The notes beneath the pieces are model-generated. The model was not told the DNA's origin. It saw only the letters and a program-made list of their open reading frames with translations, and made no database searches. Shown one piece after another: positions 53,438 through 61,645 of a stretch of 64,000 bases of DNA; positions within the stretch are counted from its first letter, which is position 1, and each line of letters opens with the position of its first letter. Position numbers and translations under genes: made by a program. The DNA comes from an uncultured Bacteroidales bacterium (GTDB lineage: Bacteria; Bacteroidota; Bacteroidia; Bacteroidales; ML635J-15). The stretch covers positions 479,331 through 543,330 of the forward strand of contig CAJOIT010000003.1 in the NCBI GenBank assembly GCA_905234755.1, given 5' to 3'.

Positions 53438-54496
53438 ATGGCAGGAAATAAAAAATTACGGGAAGCAAATAAAGCCAAAAAGGATGAGTTCTATACTCAA
53501 CTTGTAGATATTGAAAATGAACTAAAGCATTATAAGGAACATTTCAGAGGAAAAACTGTTTTGTGTAACTGCGACGACCCAAGAGTGAGCAACTTTTTCC
53601 ACTATTTTAGCTACAATTTCGAAAAATTGGGATTAAAAAGGCTTATTACAACCTGTTATAAAAATCAAAATCGCGATTTGTTTAGCAACAATGACAGCGA
53701 AAGGGCAATTTGGCTTGAATATTTTGGTGACCGCAATGGTAATCTTGTTCCAGACCCCGAAGAAATTGGAATAAATTATTTCGATGGTGACGGTGATTTC
53801 CGTTCGCAAGAATGTATTGAATTGCTGAAGCAGGCTGATATTGTGGTGACAAATCCACCATTTTCGTTGTTTAGGGAATATGTGGCGCAGTTGATGAAAT
53901 ACGAAAAAAAGTTTGTGATTGTTGGTCATCAAAATGCTATTACATACAAGGAGATTTTTTCTTTAATAAAAGATAACAAGATATGGTTGGGATATGGATT
54001 TAAAGGTGGAGCAGGACATTTTATAAGTAAATACGAAGATACGGCAACAGCAGGAGATCATCGCGAGGGCATGATTCGCGTATCAGGTGTAAATTGGTTT
54101 ACAAATCTTGAAATAAGTAAAAGGTACGAAGATTTGATTCTTTACAAAACATATAACTCAGAAGAATATCCTAAATTTGACTATTATGATGCAATAAATG
54201 TTGACAAGACTTCCGATATTCCTATGGACTATAATGGTATTATGGGGGTTCCGATAACTTTTCTGGATAAATACAATCCAAATCAGTTTGAAATAATTGA
54301 AGGTTTGAATAGATATACTATTCTTGATGTTGATGGAAGAAATGAATGGGCAAGAAAGGAGCATATACATTTTACTACTATTAATGGAAGTCCAAAATAT
54401 TTTAGAATATTGATCCGTCGTCGTACCCAAAGCATACCATACACAATGGAAGAATCGCAAATGTCGATGGCGGCAGAAAAGGGTGTGGAAATTTAA
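53438..54496 (+). CDS. EcoRI-family N6-adenine DNA methyltransferase
   Basis: The N-terminus AKKDEFYTQ...CNCDDPRVSNFF closely recalls M.EcoRI-type enzymes. NPPF catalytic motif (VVTNPPFS). The ATG at 53438 is preferred. Confidence 0.8.
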   Translation: MAGNKKLREANKAKKDEFYTQLVDIENELKHYKEHFRGKTVLCNCDDPRVSNFFHYFSYNFEKLGLKRLITTCYKNQNRDLFSNNDSERAIWLEYFGDRNGNLVPDPEEIGINYFDGDGDFRSQECIELLKQADIVVTNPPFSLFREYVAQLMKYEKKFVIVGHQNAITYKEIFSLIKDNKIWLGYGFKGGAGHFISKYEDTATAGDHREGMIRVSGVNWFTNLEISKRYEDLILYKTYNSEEYPKFDYYDAINVDKTSDIPMDYNGIMGVPITFLDKYNPNQFEIIEGLNRYTILDVDGRNEWARKEHIHFTTINGSPKYFRILIRRRTQSIPYTMEESQMSMAAEKGVEI

Positions 54497-54527
54497 AATG
54501 GTAAATTATATTATTCCCAAAATTGTA

Positions 54528-54586
54528 AAAATAGGAACAATATGATTAAAAATTAACATTGATAACAATAAAATAGGAACAATATG
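54528..54586 (+). repeat. 17-bp exact direct repeat pair AAAATAGGAACAATATG
   Basis: Copies at 54528-54544 and 54570-54586. The second copy supplies the start codon of the DUF262-HNH gene. Confidence 0.8.
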
Positions 54587-55675
54587 CAAATCGAACTACA
54601 CAAAATTTCAGTCCGCGATCTTACAAACGGCTATACCGACAACGCCGAAAAAGGTGTAACCGCATACGGTGGAAAACTGGATGTCCGTCCGCCGTACCAA
54701 CGCGAATTCGTCTATGGAGAAAAACAGCGCAATGCCGTGATTGATACTCTTATGCAAGGTTTTCCTTTAAATGTAATGTACTGGGCAACCCGCGAGGATG
54801 GCACCTACGAAATCATTGACGGTCAACAGCGTACAATCAGCATTTGCCAGTATGTGAGCGGAGATTTTGCCTTCGACATGCGCTATTTCCACAATTTGGA
54901 GAAAGATGAAAGGGAGCAAATTCTAAACTATGAACTGCAAATCTACATTTGCACTGGCACCGACAGCGAAAAACTAAAGTGGTTCAAGACGATAAACATT
55001 GCAGGCGAGAAACTTACCGACCAGGAACTGCGCAACGCTGTGTATGCTGGTTCGTGGGTTAGCGATGCCAAGCGGTATTTCAGCAAGAATGGTGCGCCAG
55101 CTGCTAAAATCGGCAGTGACTATCTTACAGGTTCTGCAATCCGTCAGGAATACCTTGAGACTGCAATATCTTGGATTTCGGACGGAAACATCGAATCGTA
55201 CATGGCTAATCACCAGCACGATGCAAGCGCAGCTCCGCTGTGGCAGTTTTTCCAGTCGGTGATAACTTGGATAGAAAGCACTTTCCGCCCGACCAAGGAA
55301 CGCAAGAAAATAATGAAGGGCGTAAACTGGGGCGCATTGTACAAGCAATACAAAGATCAAGTATTTGATTTCAAAGAAATTGACGAGGAAGTAAAGCGCT
55401 TGGTACTCGACGATGATGTCACCAAGAAGACTGGCATTTATCCATATATTCTTACTCGCAAGGAGAAGTATTTGTCAATTCGCGCATTTACCGATGCCCA
55501 GAAATTGGCCGCTTACGAACGACAGGGTGGTGTTTGCCCAATTTGCGGAGAGCGTTTCGAACTTTCGCAGATGGAAGCCGACCACATAACTCCGTGGCAC
55601 GATGGCGGTCGCACAGTCGCCGAAAACTGCCAGATGCTTTGTCGTACATGCAATAGGGAGAAAAGCGGAAAATAG
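54584..55675 (+). CDS. DUF262 (ParB-like nuclease/NTPase) + C-terminal HNH endonuclease protein
   Basis: 363 aa with PPYQREFVY and IIDGQQRT (DUF262 DGQQR motif). The C-terminal CPICG...DHITPWHDGG...N..MLCRTCNREK is an HNH module. Confidence 0.8.
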   Translation: MQIELHKISVRDLTNGYTDNAEKGVTAYGGKLDVRPPYQREFVYGEKQRNAVIDTLMQGFPLNVMYWATREDGTYEIIDGQQRTISICQYVSGDFAFDMRYFHNLEKDEREQILNYELQIYICTGTDSEKLKWFKTINIAGEKLTDQELRNAVYAGSWVSDAKRYFSKNGAPAAKIGSDYLTGSAIRQEYLETAISWISDGNIESYMANHQHDASAAPLWQFFQSVITWIESTFRPTKERKKIMKGVNWGALYKQYKDQVFDFKEIDEEVKRLVLDDDVTKKTGIYPYILTRKEKYLSIRAFTDAQKLAAYERQGGVCPICGERFELSQMEADHITPWHDGGRTVAENCQMLCRTCNREKSGK

Positions 55676-55684
55676 CTATGTTTC

Positions 55685-55865
55685 ACGTTTCTAGGTTTCT
55701 CGCTTCGCTGTTTCTAAAAAACGCGGTTGTCATGCTGAACTTGTTTCAGTATCTGATTCCGTGTTTTTTTTGTTTCTAAGTTGCCTGTATAGGATAACAG
55801 ACACAAAGGCTTACAGCTTTTGGACTTTTAGCCTTTTCTTCTTTCAGCCTTTTTAGCCTCCCCAA
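55685..55865 (-). repeat. intergenic word-repeat element (modules c and a, inverted)
   Basis: The reverse complement of 55687-55716 is TAGAAACAGCGAAGCGAGAAACCTAGAAAC (compare 27938-27960). 55825-55863 carries GGCTAAAAGGC-type words. Confidence 0.6.
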
Positions 55866-55950
55866 AAACACACCTTCGCTTGTTCGTTTTCTGTTAGTAA
55901 ATGTCCCAAAAATCACTTGCCAATTACATTTAGTGCCGAATTTTATTTTG

Positions 55951-55958
55951 TAAATTTG
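55951..55958 (+). promoter_or_regulatory. TAnnTTTG box (TAAATTTG)
   Basis: 32 nt upstream of the ATG at 55990. Confidence 0.45.
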
Positions 55959-55989
55959 CACAAAAATTTTTCAAAAAGTAATATTTGAT

Positions 55990-57285
55990 ATGGCAACAGC
56001 AAGTGAACTGAAAGTAAAAGTAGCAAAGATTTCGACAATTGTTGAATACCTTGAAGATGAGCAGATAAACCAAATTGAAAAGGACATTTTGCTACAAGCG
56101 GTAAGGGAATTGTACTCGGATATATTGGTTACTGACACAGCAAATACAGTCGTAGAAAACACAAAATCAGAAGAAGAACCAGTTAATGAACAACAAGAAG
56201 CTGTTGAGGAACATGTTGATGAAAATGTCGCAGAAACGGTGGCTGCTGCAGTTGTTCCGCCAGTTATTTCTGTTGCGTTTGATGATGGTGAGTTCGATTT
56301 CTCGGATTTGCTGAAGGATAAAACAACGGAAGAAAATGATGAAGTTCAGGAGACAAATGTTGAAACGGAAATTCCAGTAGAAAATGTCGCTACTGAAGAA
56401 ATGCCAGCAGAAGAAGAAATTCCGGTCGAAGAACCAGAACCCGAAGTAGCAAAAGAGGAACCTGCCACAGAATTTGTTCCAGAAGAAATTGACGAGCAGG
56501 AACCTGAAAGTGTAGAAGAATTTGAGGAGCCGGAACCTGAAAATATTGAAGAAGTCGATTCTATAGAGGAATTTGAAGAAGAGGATGATGACAGCGAAGA
56601 ATTGGAGGAGGCAGAACCAGAAACTTCAGAAGTAGTTGAAGAAGAAGTTCAGGAATCGGAATCAAATTTTGAAGAAACTGTTACTGGCGATACTGAAATA
56701 AACTATAGTTTCAACGAGGATACTTTGCAAGATGAACAACCAACTGTTGAGGAAGAAGAACCACAGATAGAAGAACCTGTCGTAGAAGAAACTCCAGTAG
56801 TTGAAGAAGAGCCAGTCGTTGAGGAAAAGCCAATTGTAGATGAACCTGTTGCAGATGAGCCTCAAGTTGCTGCTGAAATGCCAACCATAGAAGAACCTGC
56901 CGTTGAAACTCCGCAGAATGTTGAAGAAAAGCCAGTTGAGCAAGAAAAAGCAGAACCGGCTCACATAACCTTAGGCGAACAACTTGGACAGTCGCGCCAA
57001 TCATCACTGAATGATAAGTTTGCAAGCAACAAGCCTGCAGAAGGCAGTTATGGTTTGAAACCAATTTCCGATATTAAGTCGGCAATCCCTTTGGGTGAAA
57101 GATTCAGATTCACTCGTATGTTGTTCTCTGGCAACGGACCTGCTTTCGATTCAACCGTGGCAAAACTCAATGAAATGTCAAGCATTGAGGAGGCGGACAA
57201 CTATGTACGCACAAACTTCAGCTGGGACATGGATTCTCCTGTTGTCGCCGACTTTATGAATATTGTTCGCAGAAGATATTTGTAA
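55990..57285 (+). CDS. hypothetical protein with a long acidic E/P/V-rich low-complexity core
   Basis: 431 aa. The N- and C-terminal domains look conserved and flank ~270 aa of EEPVVEE-type sequence. TAnnTTTG at 55951-55958. Confidence 0.65.
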   Translation: MATASELKVKVAKISTIVEYLEDEQINQIEKDILLQAVRELYSDILVTDTANTVVENTKSEEEPVNEQQEAVEEHVDENVAETVAAAVVPPVISVAFDDGEFDFSDLLKDKTTEENDEVQETNVETEIPVENVATEEMPAEEEIPVEEPEPEVAKEEPATEFVPEEIDEQEPESVEEFEEPEPENIEEVDSIEEFEEEDDDSEELEEAEPETSEVVEEEVQESESNFEETVTGDTEINYSFNEDTLQDEQPTVEEEEPQIEEPVVEETPVVEEEPVVEEKPIVDEPVADEPQVAAEMPTIEEPAVETPQNVEEKPVEQEKAEPAHITLGEQLGQSRQSSLNDKFASNKPAEGSYGLKPISDIKSAIPLGERFRFTRMLFSGNGPAFDSTVAKLNEMSSIEEADNYVRTNFSWDMDSPVVADFMNIVRRRYL

Positions 57286-57286
57286 G

Positions 57287-58561
57287 ATGTTTCGCTCGGG
57301 TTTGATATTATTGGTTTCGCTTCTTTGCTGCCTTTATTCCTTTGCACAGGATGTCGACAATGCAAGGAAGCATGTGCAGAAACTCACCGCTCCCGAATTT
57401 TATGGGCGCGGTTATTCCTTTGGCGGTTCCGACAAAGCAGCAAAATATATTGCTGATGAGTTTAAGTCGCTGGGTGTAAAACCGTTTGGTAAGTCCTACT
57501 ATCAGGATTTTAACTACGATATGAATACCTTTCCTGCAAAAATGTGGGTTGCCATCGATGGCAAGGAACTGAAGCCCGGCACCGATTTCATACCAGGTCA
57601 GTTTACGCCTACCGTAAAAGCTTCTTACGAATTGTTTTTGCCCGATTCGTTGCTGCTAAACGACACCGTTGCTTTTATGACTCGTTATTTGTTCGAGGAC
57701 TGGTCGAAGAAAATGCTGGTAATCGACTATGCACAGACCGAAAACAAGGAAATCAAGATGTTTTACATCAAGATTTTGTACGGCAATACGCGCTTTGGTG
57801 GCATAATGGAGCTTATTCCCGATGAACTTATGTCATCTGTGGGCGGAAGACAGCAGCAATATCCTGTGGTAAAGGTTAAGCGCGAGGCATTCGACCGTTC
57901 AGCAAAAAGCATTTCTGTGGACATTAGCGCAAAATTGAGGAAAAAATTCGCAGCAAAGAATGTAATCGGATACATCGAAGGCAAAAATCCCGACAAATAT
58001 TATGTCTTTTCGGCTCATTACGACCATATTGGCACAATAGGAAAGGGCGTGTATGTCCCTGGCGCGCAGGATAATGCATCTGGTACTGCTATGGTTCTTG
58101 ACTTGGCTGCCTACTATTCAAAGCATCAACCCGAATGTACAATGGTTTTCATGCTGTTCTTTGGCGAGGAAGCAGGTTTGCTCGGTTCGTCGTACTATGT
58201 TGAACATCCGTTGTTTCCGTTGGAAAAAATACGCATGGGATTTAACCTCGACATGGTTGGCACTGGCGACGAAGGCATAACGATTGTGAATTCGAGCGAA
58301 GAAAATTATGCTGGCGAATGGGAGCTTATCAGCAAGATAAACGATGAAAACAAATATTTCGACCCTGTCAAGCAACGCGGAGCAGCCGCCAACAGTGACC
58401 ATTATTCGTTCAACAGGAAAGATGTTAAGTTTGTATTCATATACACTATGGGACCCGGAACTTTCTACCACAATGTGAAAGACAGGTACGAAACTTTGAC
58501 ATTCACGGGATATGAAAGTTTGTTCGGGCTATTGACTAAATTTGTAGAAAGGTATGAGTAA
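57287..58561 (+). CDS. M28 family peptidase
   Basis: Signal peptide, with HYDH, GAQDNASG and FFGEEAGLLGS motifs. Confidence 0.85.
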   Translation: MFRSGLILLVSLLCCLYSFAQDVDNARKHVQKLTAPEFYGRGYSFGGSDKAAKYIADEFKSLGVKPFGKSYYQDFNYDMNTFPAKMWVAIDGKELKPGTDFIPGQFTPTVKASYELFLPDSLLLNDTVAFMTRYLFEDWSKKMLVIDYAQTENKEIKMFYIKILYGNTRFGGIMELIPDELMSSVGGRQQQYPVVKVKREAFDRSAKSISVDISAKLRKKFAAKNVIGYIEGKNPDKYYVFSAHYDHIGTIGKGVYVPGAQDNASGTAMVLDLAAYYSKHQPECTMVFMLFFGEEAGLLGSSYYVEHPLFPLEKIRMGFNLDMVGTGDEGITIVNSSEENYAGEWELISKINDENKYFDPVKQRGAAANSDHYSFNRKDVKFVFIYTMGPGTFYHNVKDRYETLTFTGYESLFGLLTKFVERYE

Positions 58562-59261
58562 ACTATATTTGGTGCCAACGCCTGTCGGGAATCTTGAGGA
58601 CATGACATTTCGCGCTGTAAATGTGCTGAAATCTGTCGATTGCATTCTCGCCGAGGATACGCGCACATCGGCAGTGCTGATGAAGCACTACGGCATTTCT
58701 ACTCCGCTTGTAAGCCATCACAAGTTCAACGAGCATAAGACTTCGGAAGGCGTTGCCGAAAGGATTCTTGGTGGCGAAAACATTGCGCTCGTTACCGATG
58801 CCGGCACACCTGGAATTTCCGATCCTGGTTTTCTGCTTGTGCGCACCTGCGTAGAAAAGGGCGTGGAGGTGGAATGTCTGCCCGGAGCAACGGCATTTGT
58901 GCCTGCTTTGGTAAACTCGGGTTTGCCATGCGAAAGGTTTACCTTCGAGGGTTTTCTTCCTCAGAAAAAGGGCAAGAACAAGAAGGTGCAGGAACTGGCA
59001 GAAGAGGAGAGAACCATGATTTTCTACGAGTCGCCTTTCCGCTTGGTGAAGACTTTGGAACTTTTTGTCCAGTATTTCGGTGAGGAACGTCAGGCTTGTG
59101 TTTCTCGTGAGATTTCAAAGATTCACGAGGAAAATTTCCGTGGCACTCTGAAGGAATGCATCGAGCATTTTTCGCAGAAGGATGTCAAGGGCGAAATTGT
59201 GATTGTCGTTGAGGGCAAGAACAGAAAGGTTAGGAATGCAGAAAACGAGGAGGATGAATAA
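58554..59261 (+). CDS. rsmI: 16S rRNA (cytidine1402-2'-O)-methyltransferase
   Basis: LYLVPTPVGNLEDMTFRA N-terminus and DAGTPGISDPG motif. Confidence 0.92.
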   Translation: MSKLYLVPTPVGNLEDMTFRAVNVLKSVDCILAEDTRTSAVLMKHYGISTPLVSHHKFNEHKTSEGVAERILGGENIALVTDAGTPGISDPGFLLVRTCVEKGVEVECLPGATAFVPALVNSGLPCERFTFEGFLPQKKGKNKKVQELAEEERTMIFYESPFRLVKTLELFVQYFGEERQACVSREISKIHEENFRGTLKECIEHFSQKDVKGEIVIVVEGKNRKVRNAENEEDE

Positions 59262-59263
59262 TT
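59235..59263 (+). repeat. 29-bp perfect direct repeat, left copy (3' end of rsmI)
   Basis: AATGCAGAAAACGAGGAGGATGAATAATT is identical to 60021-60049. A degenerate extension of 9 nt lies upstream. Confidence 0.9.
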
Positions 59264-59283
59264 TTGCGATTTGGAATATTTTG

Positions 59284-59291
59284 TAACTTTG
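59284..59291 (+). promoter_or_regulatory. TAnnTTTG box (TAACTTTG) of the MNT-HEPN cassette
   Basis: 20 nt upstream of the ATG at 59311, just inside the left 29-bp repeat. Confidence 0.5.
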
Positions 59292-59310
59292 CAAAGTAAT
59301 ACATTATATT

Positions 59311-59625
59311 ATGAAAAACATTTTGGCTGATATAAGGCAACTTGCGTCAAAGGTTATTCCGACAGGCAGTTCTGCTTTGCTATATGGTTCGCGAGCACGA
59401 GGTTCGGCGCACTCGCATTCCGATTGGGATATTTTGTTGATTCTTGACAAAGATTCGCTTACGCAATCGGACTATGATTCAATAAGTTATCCGTTTGTCT
59501 TGTTGGGTTGCGAATTAGGAGAAGAAATCAATCCGATAATGTACACCGAAAAAGAATGGAAGTCGTATGAGGCTACACCATTTTATGAAAATGTAAAACG
59601 AGATGCAATTAATTTATTGTCATGA
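59311..59625 (+). CDS. nucleotidyltransferase (MNT-type antitoxin-like)
   Basis: 104 aa with LYGSRARGSAHSHSDWDILL (GSxxRG...DxD). TAnnTTTG at 59284-59291. Confidence 0.8.
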   Translation: MKNILADIRQLASKVIPTGSSALLYGSRARGSAHSHSDWDILLILDKDSLTQSDYDSISYPFVLLGCELGEEINPIMYTEKEWKSYEATPFYENVKRDAINLLS

Positions 59626-60047
59626 ATCAAGAAGAAAAAAGATTATTGGTTAAGCGACAAGTTGAAAAGGCATATCATTTTATGAACCAAGCAGATGAAA
59701 TGATCAGTTTGGGACATACGGATTTGGCTGTAAACCGTTTGTATTATGCCTGTTTCCATATAGTACAAGCGTTATTCCTTCAATCTGGAATATCGGTTCG
59801 CACTCATTCAGGAATAATTACCCAGTTTAGTCAGCATTTCGTGAAAACAGGTATGGTGCCTATTGAAAAAGGCAGTTTGTTGGCACGATTATTTCAATTA
59901 AGACAAAAAGCTGACTATAATTGTGCATACGACATTTCTGATGAAGAAGCAAAGTCTTTAATTGCTCCTGTTCATCTTTTTATTGCCGAAATATCAAAAA
60001 TGATAGATAATAAAGTGATAAATGCAGAAAACGAGGAGGATGAATAA
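59622..60047 (+). CDS. HEPN domain protein (MNT partner)
   Basis: 141 aa, all-helical. ATGA overlap with MNT. The last 8 aa (NAENEEDE) are identical to the rsmI C-terminus. Confidence 0.75.
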   Translation: MNQEEKRLLVKRQVEKAYHFMNQADEMISLGHTDLAVNRLYYACFHIVQALFLQSGISVRTHSGIITQFSQHFVKTGMVPIEKGSLLARLFQLRQKADYNCAYDISDEEAKSLIAPVHLFIAEISKMIDNKVINAENEEDE

Positions 60048-60049
60048 TT
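60021..60049 (+). repeat. 29-bp perfect direct repeat, right copy (3' end of the HEPN gene)
   Basis: Identical to 59235-59263. It is followed immediately by the ATG of the next gene. Confidence 0.9.
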
Positions 60050-60805
60050 ATGAAAAGATTAGTTGCATACATAATTGTTTTATTGGTATCGGCACATTGC
60101 TTTGCGCAAAATTCAAATGGTATATCTACATCCGACAAGGAAATCGGTGGCATAAAGTTCAGAACTTACAGTTACGAGTTTTCGAGCAATGAATTTTCAA
60201 AGAACATTTCATTTACATTGCCTTTGTCCAATGATCCCAAAATGCTGTTAATCATCGAAACCTTGTTGCACGGCGAATACGATGGTGAGACGATAGGACA
60301 GGAGATGGCAGAGGAGTATTCGTCGTACTTGGCAGAAAAAGCTGCCGATACGGCCAAAAAGGATGATTATTACGAAACCGTTTGGAAGATTGTCCCTGTG
60401 TTTGTAGGTGGCGGATATGTGGCGTTCATATCGTCGTTTTCTCAAAAGTTTGCAAGTGATATACCTGCACCAATGTGGGGCGATGTTGGTTCTGTTTACG
60501 AACTTTCGACAGGAAAGCGAATAACTGAGGAAGATGTATTCGGCAATAATGCTGACCAAAACAAAGCTGTCGCCCAAAAGTTGTATGCCGAGATGAAGAA
60601 AAAAGCAAGTGTAGAAAATACCGAAGATGCAGTTTTGTTCAATGGCAACTTCTATTTCACAAATAAGGAATTGGTATTCATGTATGGTTCGTTCGAAATG
60701 TATCATACTTCGGGAGTAACAAAGTTGTCGCTTCCGAAGAAAAGCATGAAACCTTACCTGAATGTTGACGGACCGTTGTACAAGTATTGGTTCGGAGAGA
60801 AATAA
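60050..60805 (+). CDS. DUF3298/DUF4163-like (RsiV-like) secreted protein, paralog 1
   Basis: Signal peptide. C-terminus NGNFYFTNKELVFMY...LSLPKK..KPYLNVDGPLYKYWF. Confidence 0.6.
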   Translation: MKRLVAYIIVLLVSAHCFAQNSNGISTSDKEIGGIKFRTYSYEFSSNEFSKNISFTLPLSNDPKMLLIIETLLHGEYDGETIGQEMAEEYSSYLAEKAADTAKKDDYYETVWKIVPVFVGGGYVAFISSFSQKFASDIPAPMWGDVGSVYELSTGKRITEEDVFGNNADQNKAVAQKLYAEMKKKASVENTEDAVLFNGNFYFTNKELVFMYGSFEMYHTSGVTKLSLPKKSMKPYLNVDGPLYKYWFGEK

Positions 60806-60820
60806 TAAATATTGTGTAAT

Positions 60821-61645
60821 ATGAAAAGAATAGTTGTATATATCATAGTTTTACTGCTGACGGTACAATGCTTCGCGCAGGAGTCGTCGCAGAGCAAAAA
60901 TCTTATAGTTACCGATACTGTAGTGTATGACGCTAAGTGTAGATTGTACAGTTTTGAATTTGAATCGGCAGAATTTTCGAAAAAGGTTTATTTCCTTTTG
61001 CCATTGATTGAAGACACTGTTGTTCGGCAAATAATATGGGACAAAATGATTGGAAGTCGGTACGACAGCAAGATGCTCGAACTGGAATTACTGGAAGAAA
61101 TAAACATGTATATGGACCGTGTTGCCAGCAATCCAGAACTTATTGATGCAGAGAAAATGGAAGAGCGGTTCTCCGATATTGAATATTATGAGTCGTCGTG
61201 GATGGTTACGCCAGCGTTTGTAAGCGACGAATACATCGCGTTAACTAATTATTTTTCGGAGTTTAATGGTGGCGCAATTCATCATCAGTGGGGCGAAGTG
61301 GCTTATGTTTTCAGTCTTTCGACAGGAAAGCAAATATCGGAGGATGATGTGCTAGACAATATTGATACACATAGATATTTGGTAGCTAACAAGTTGTATG
61401 AGTTGTTGCAGAAAAATCTCGGTTATGATTCCGATGAGTTATTTGTTGACAATGTAATGCAGATGTTGAACGGTAACTTTTATTTTACCGAGAAGGAACT
61501 GATATATATGTATGAGCCGTACGAGGTCGCGTGCTATGCGGCAGGTGAGCCAACGTTGTCTTTGCCAAAGAAATGGTTAAAGCCTTATCTAAATGTTGAT
61601 GGCCCATTGTATAAATATTGGTTTGGAGATAAGAAAACTAGATAA
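60821..61645 (+). CDS. DUF3298/DUF4163-like secreted protein, paralog 2
   Basis: Signal peptide, same architecture. C-terminus NGNFYFTEKELIYMYEPYEVACYAAGEPTLSLPKKWLKPYLNVDGPLYKYWF. Confidence 0.6.
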   Translation: MKRIVVYIIVLLLTVQCFAQESSQSKNLIVTDTVVYDAKCRLYSFEFESAEFSKKVYFLLPLIEDTVVRQIIWDKMIGSRYDSKMLELELLEEINMYMDRVASNPELIDAEKMEERFSDIEYYESSWMVTPAFVSDEYIALTNYFSEFNGGAIHHQWGEVAYVFSLSTGKQISEDDVLDNIDTHRYLVANKLYELLQKNLGYDSDELFVDNVMQMLNGNFYFTEKELIYMYEPYEVACYAAGEPTLSLPKKWLKPYLNVDGPLYKYWFGDKKTR

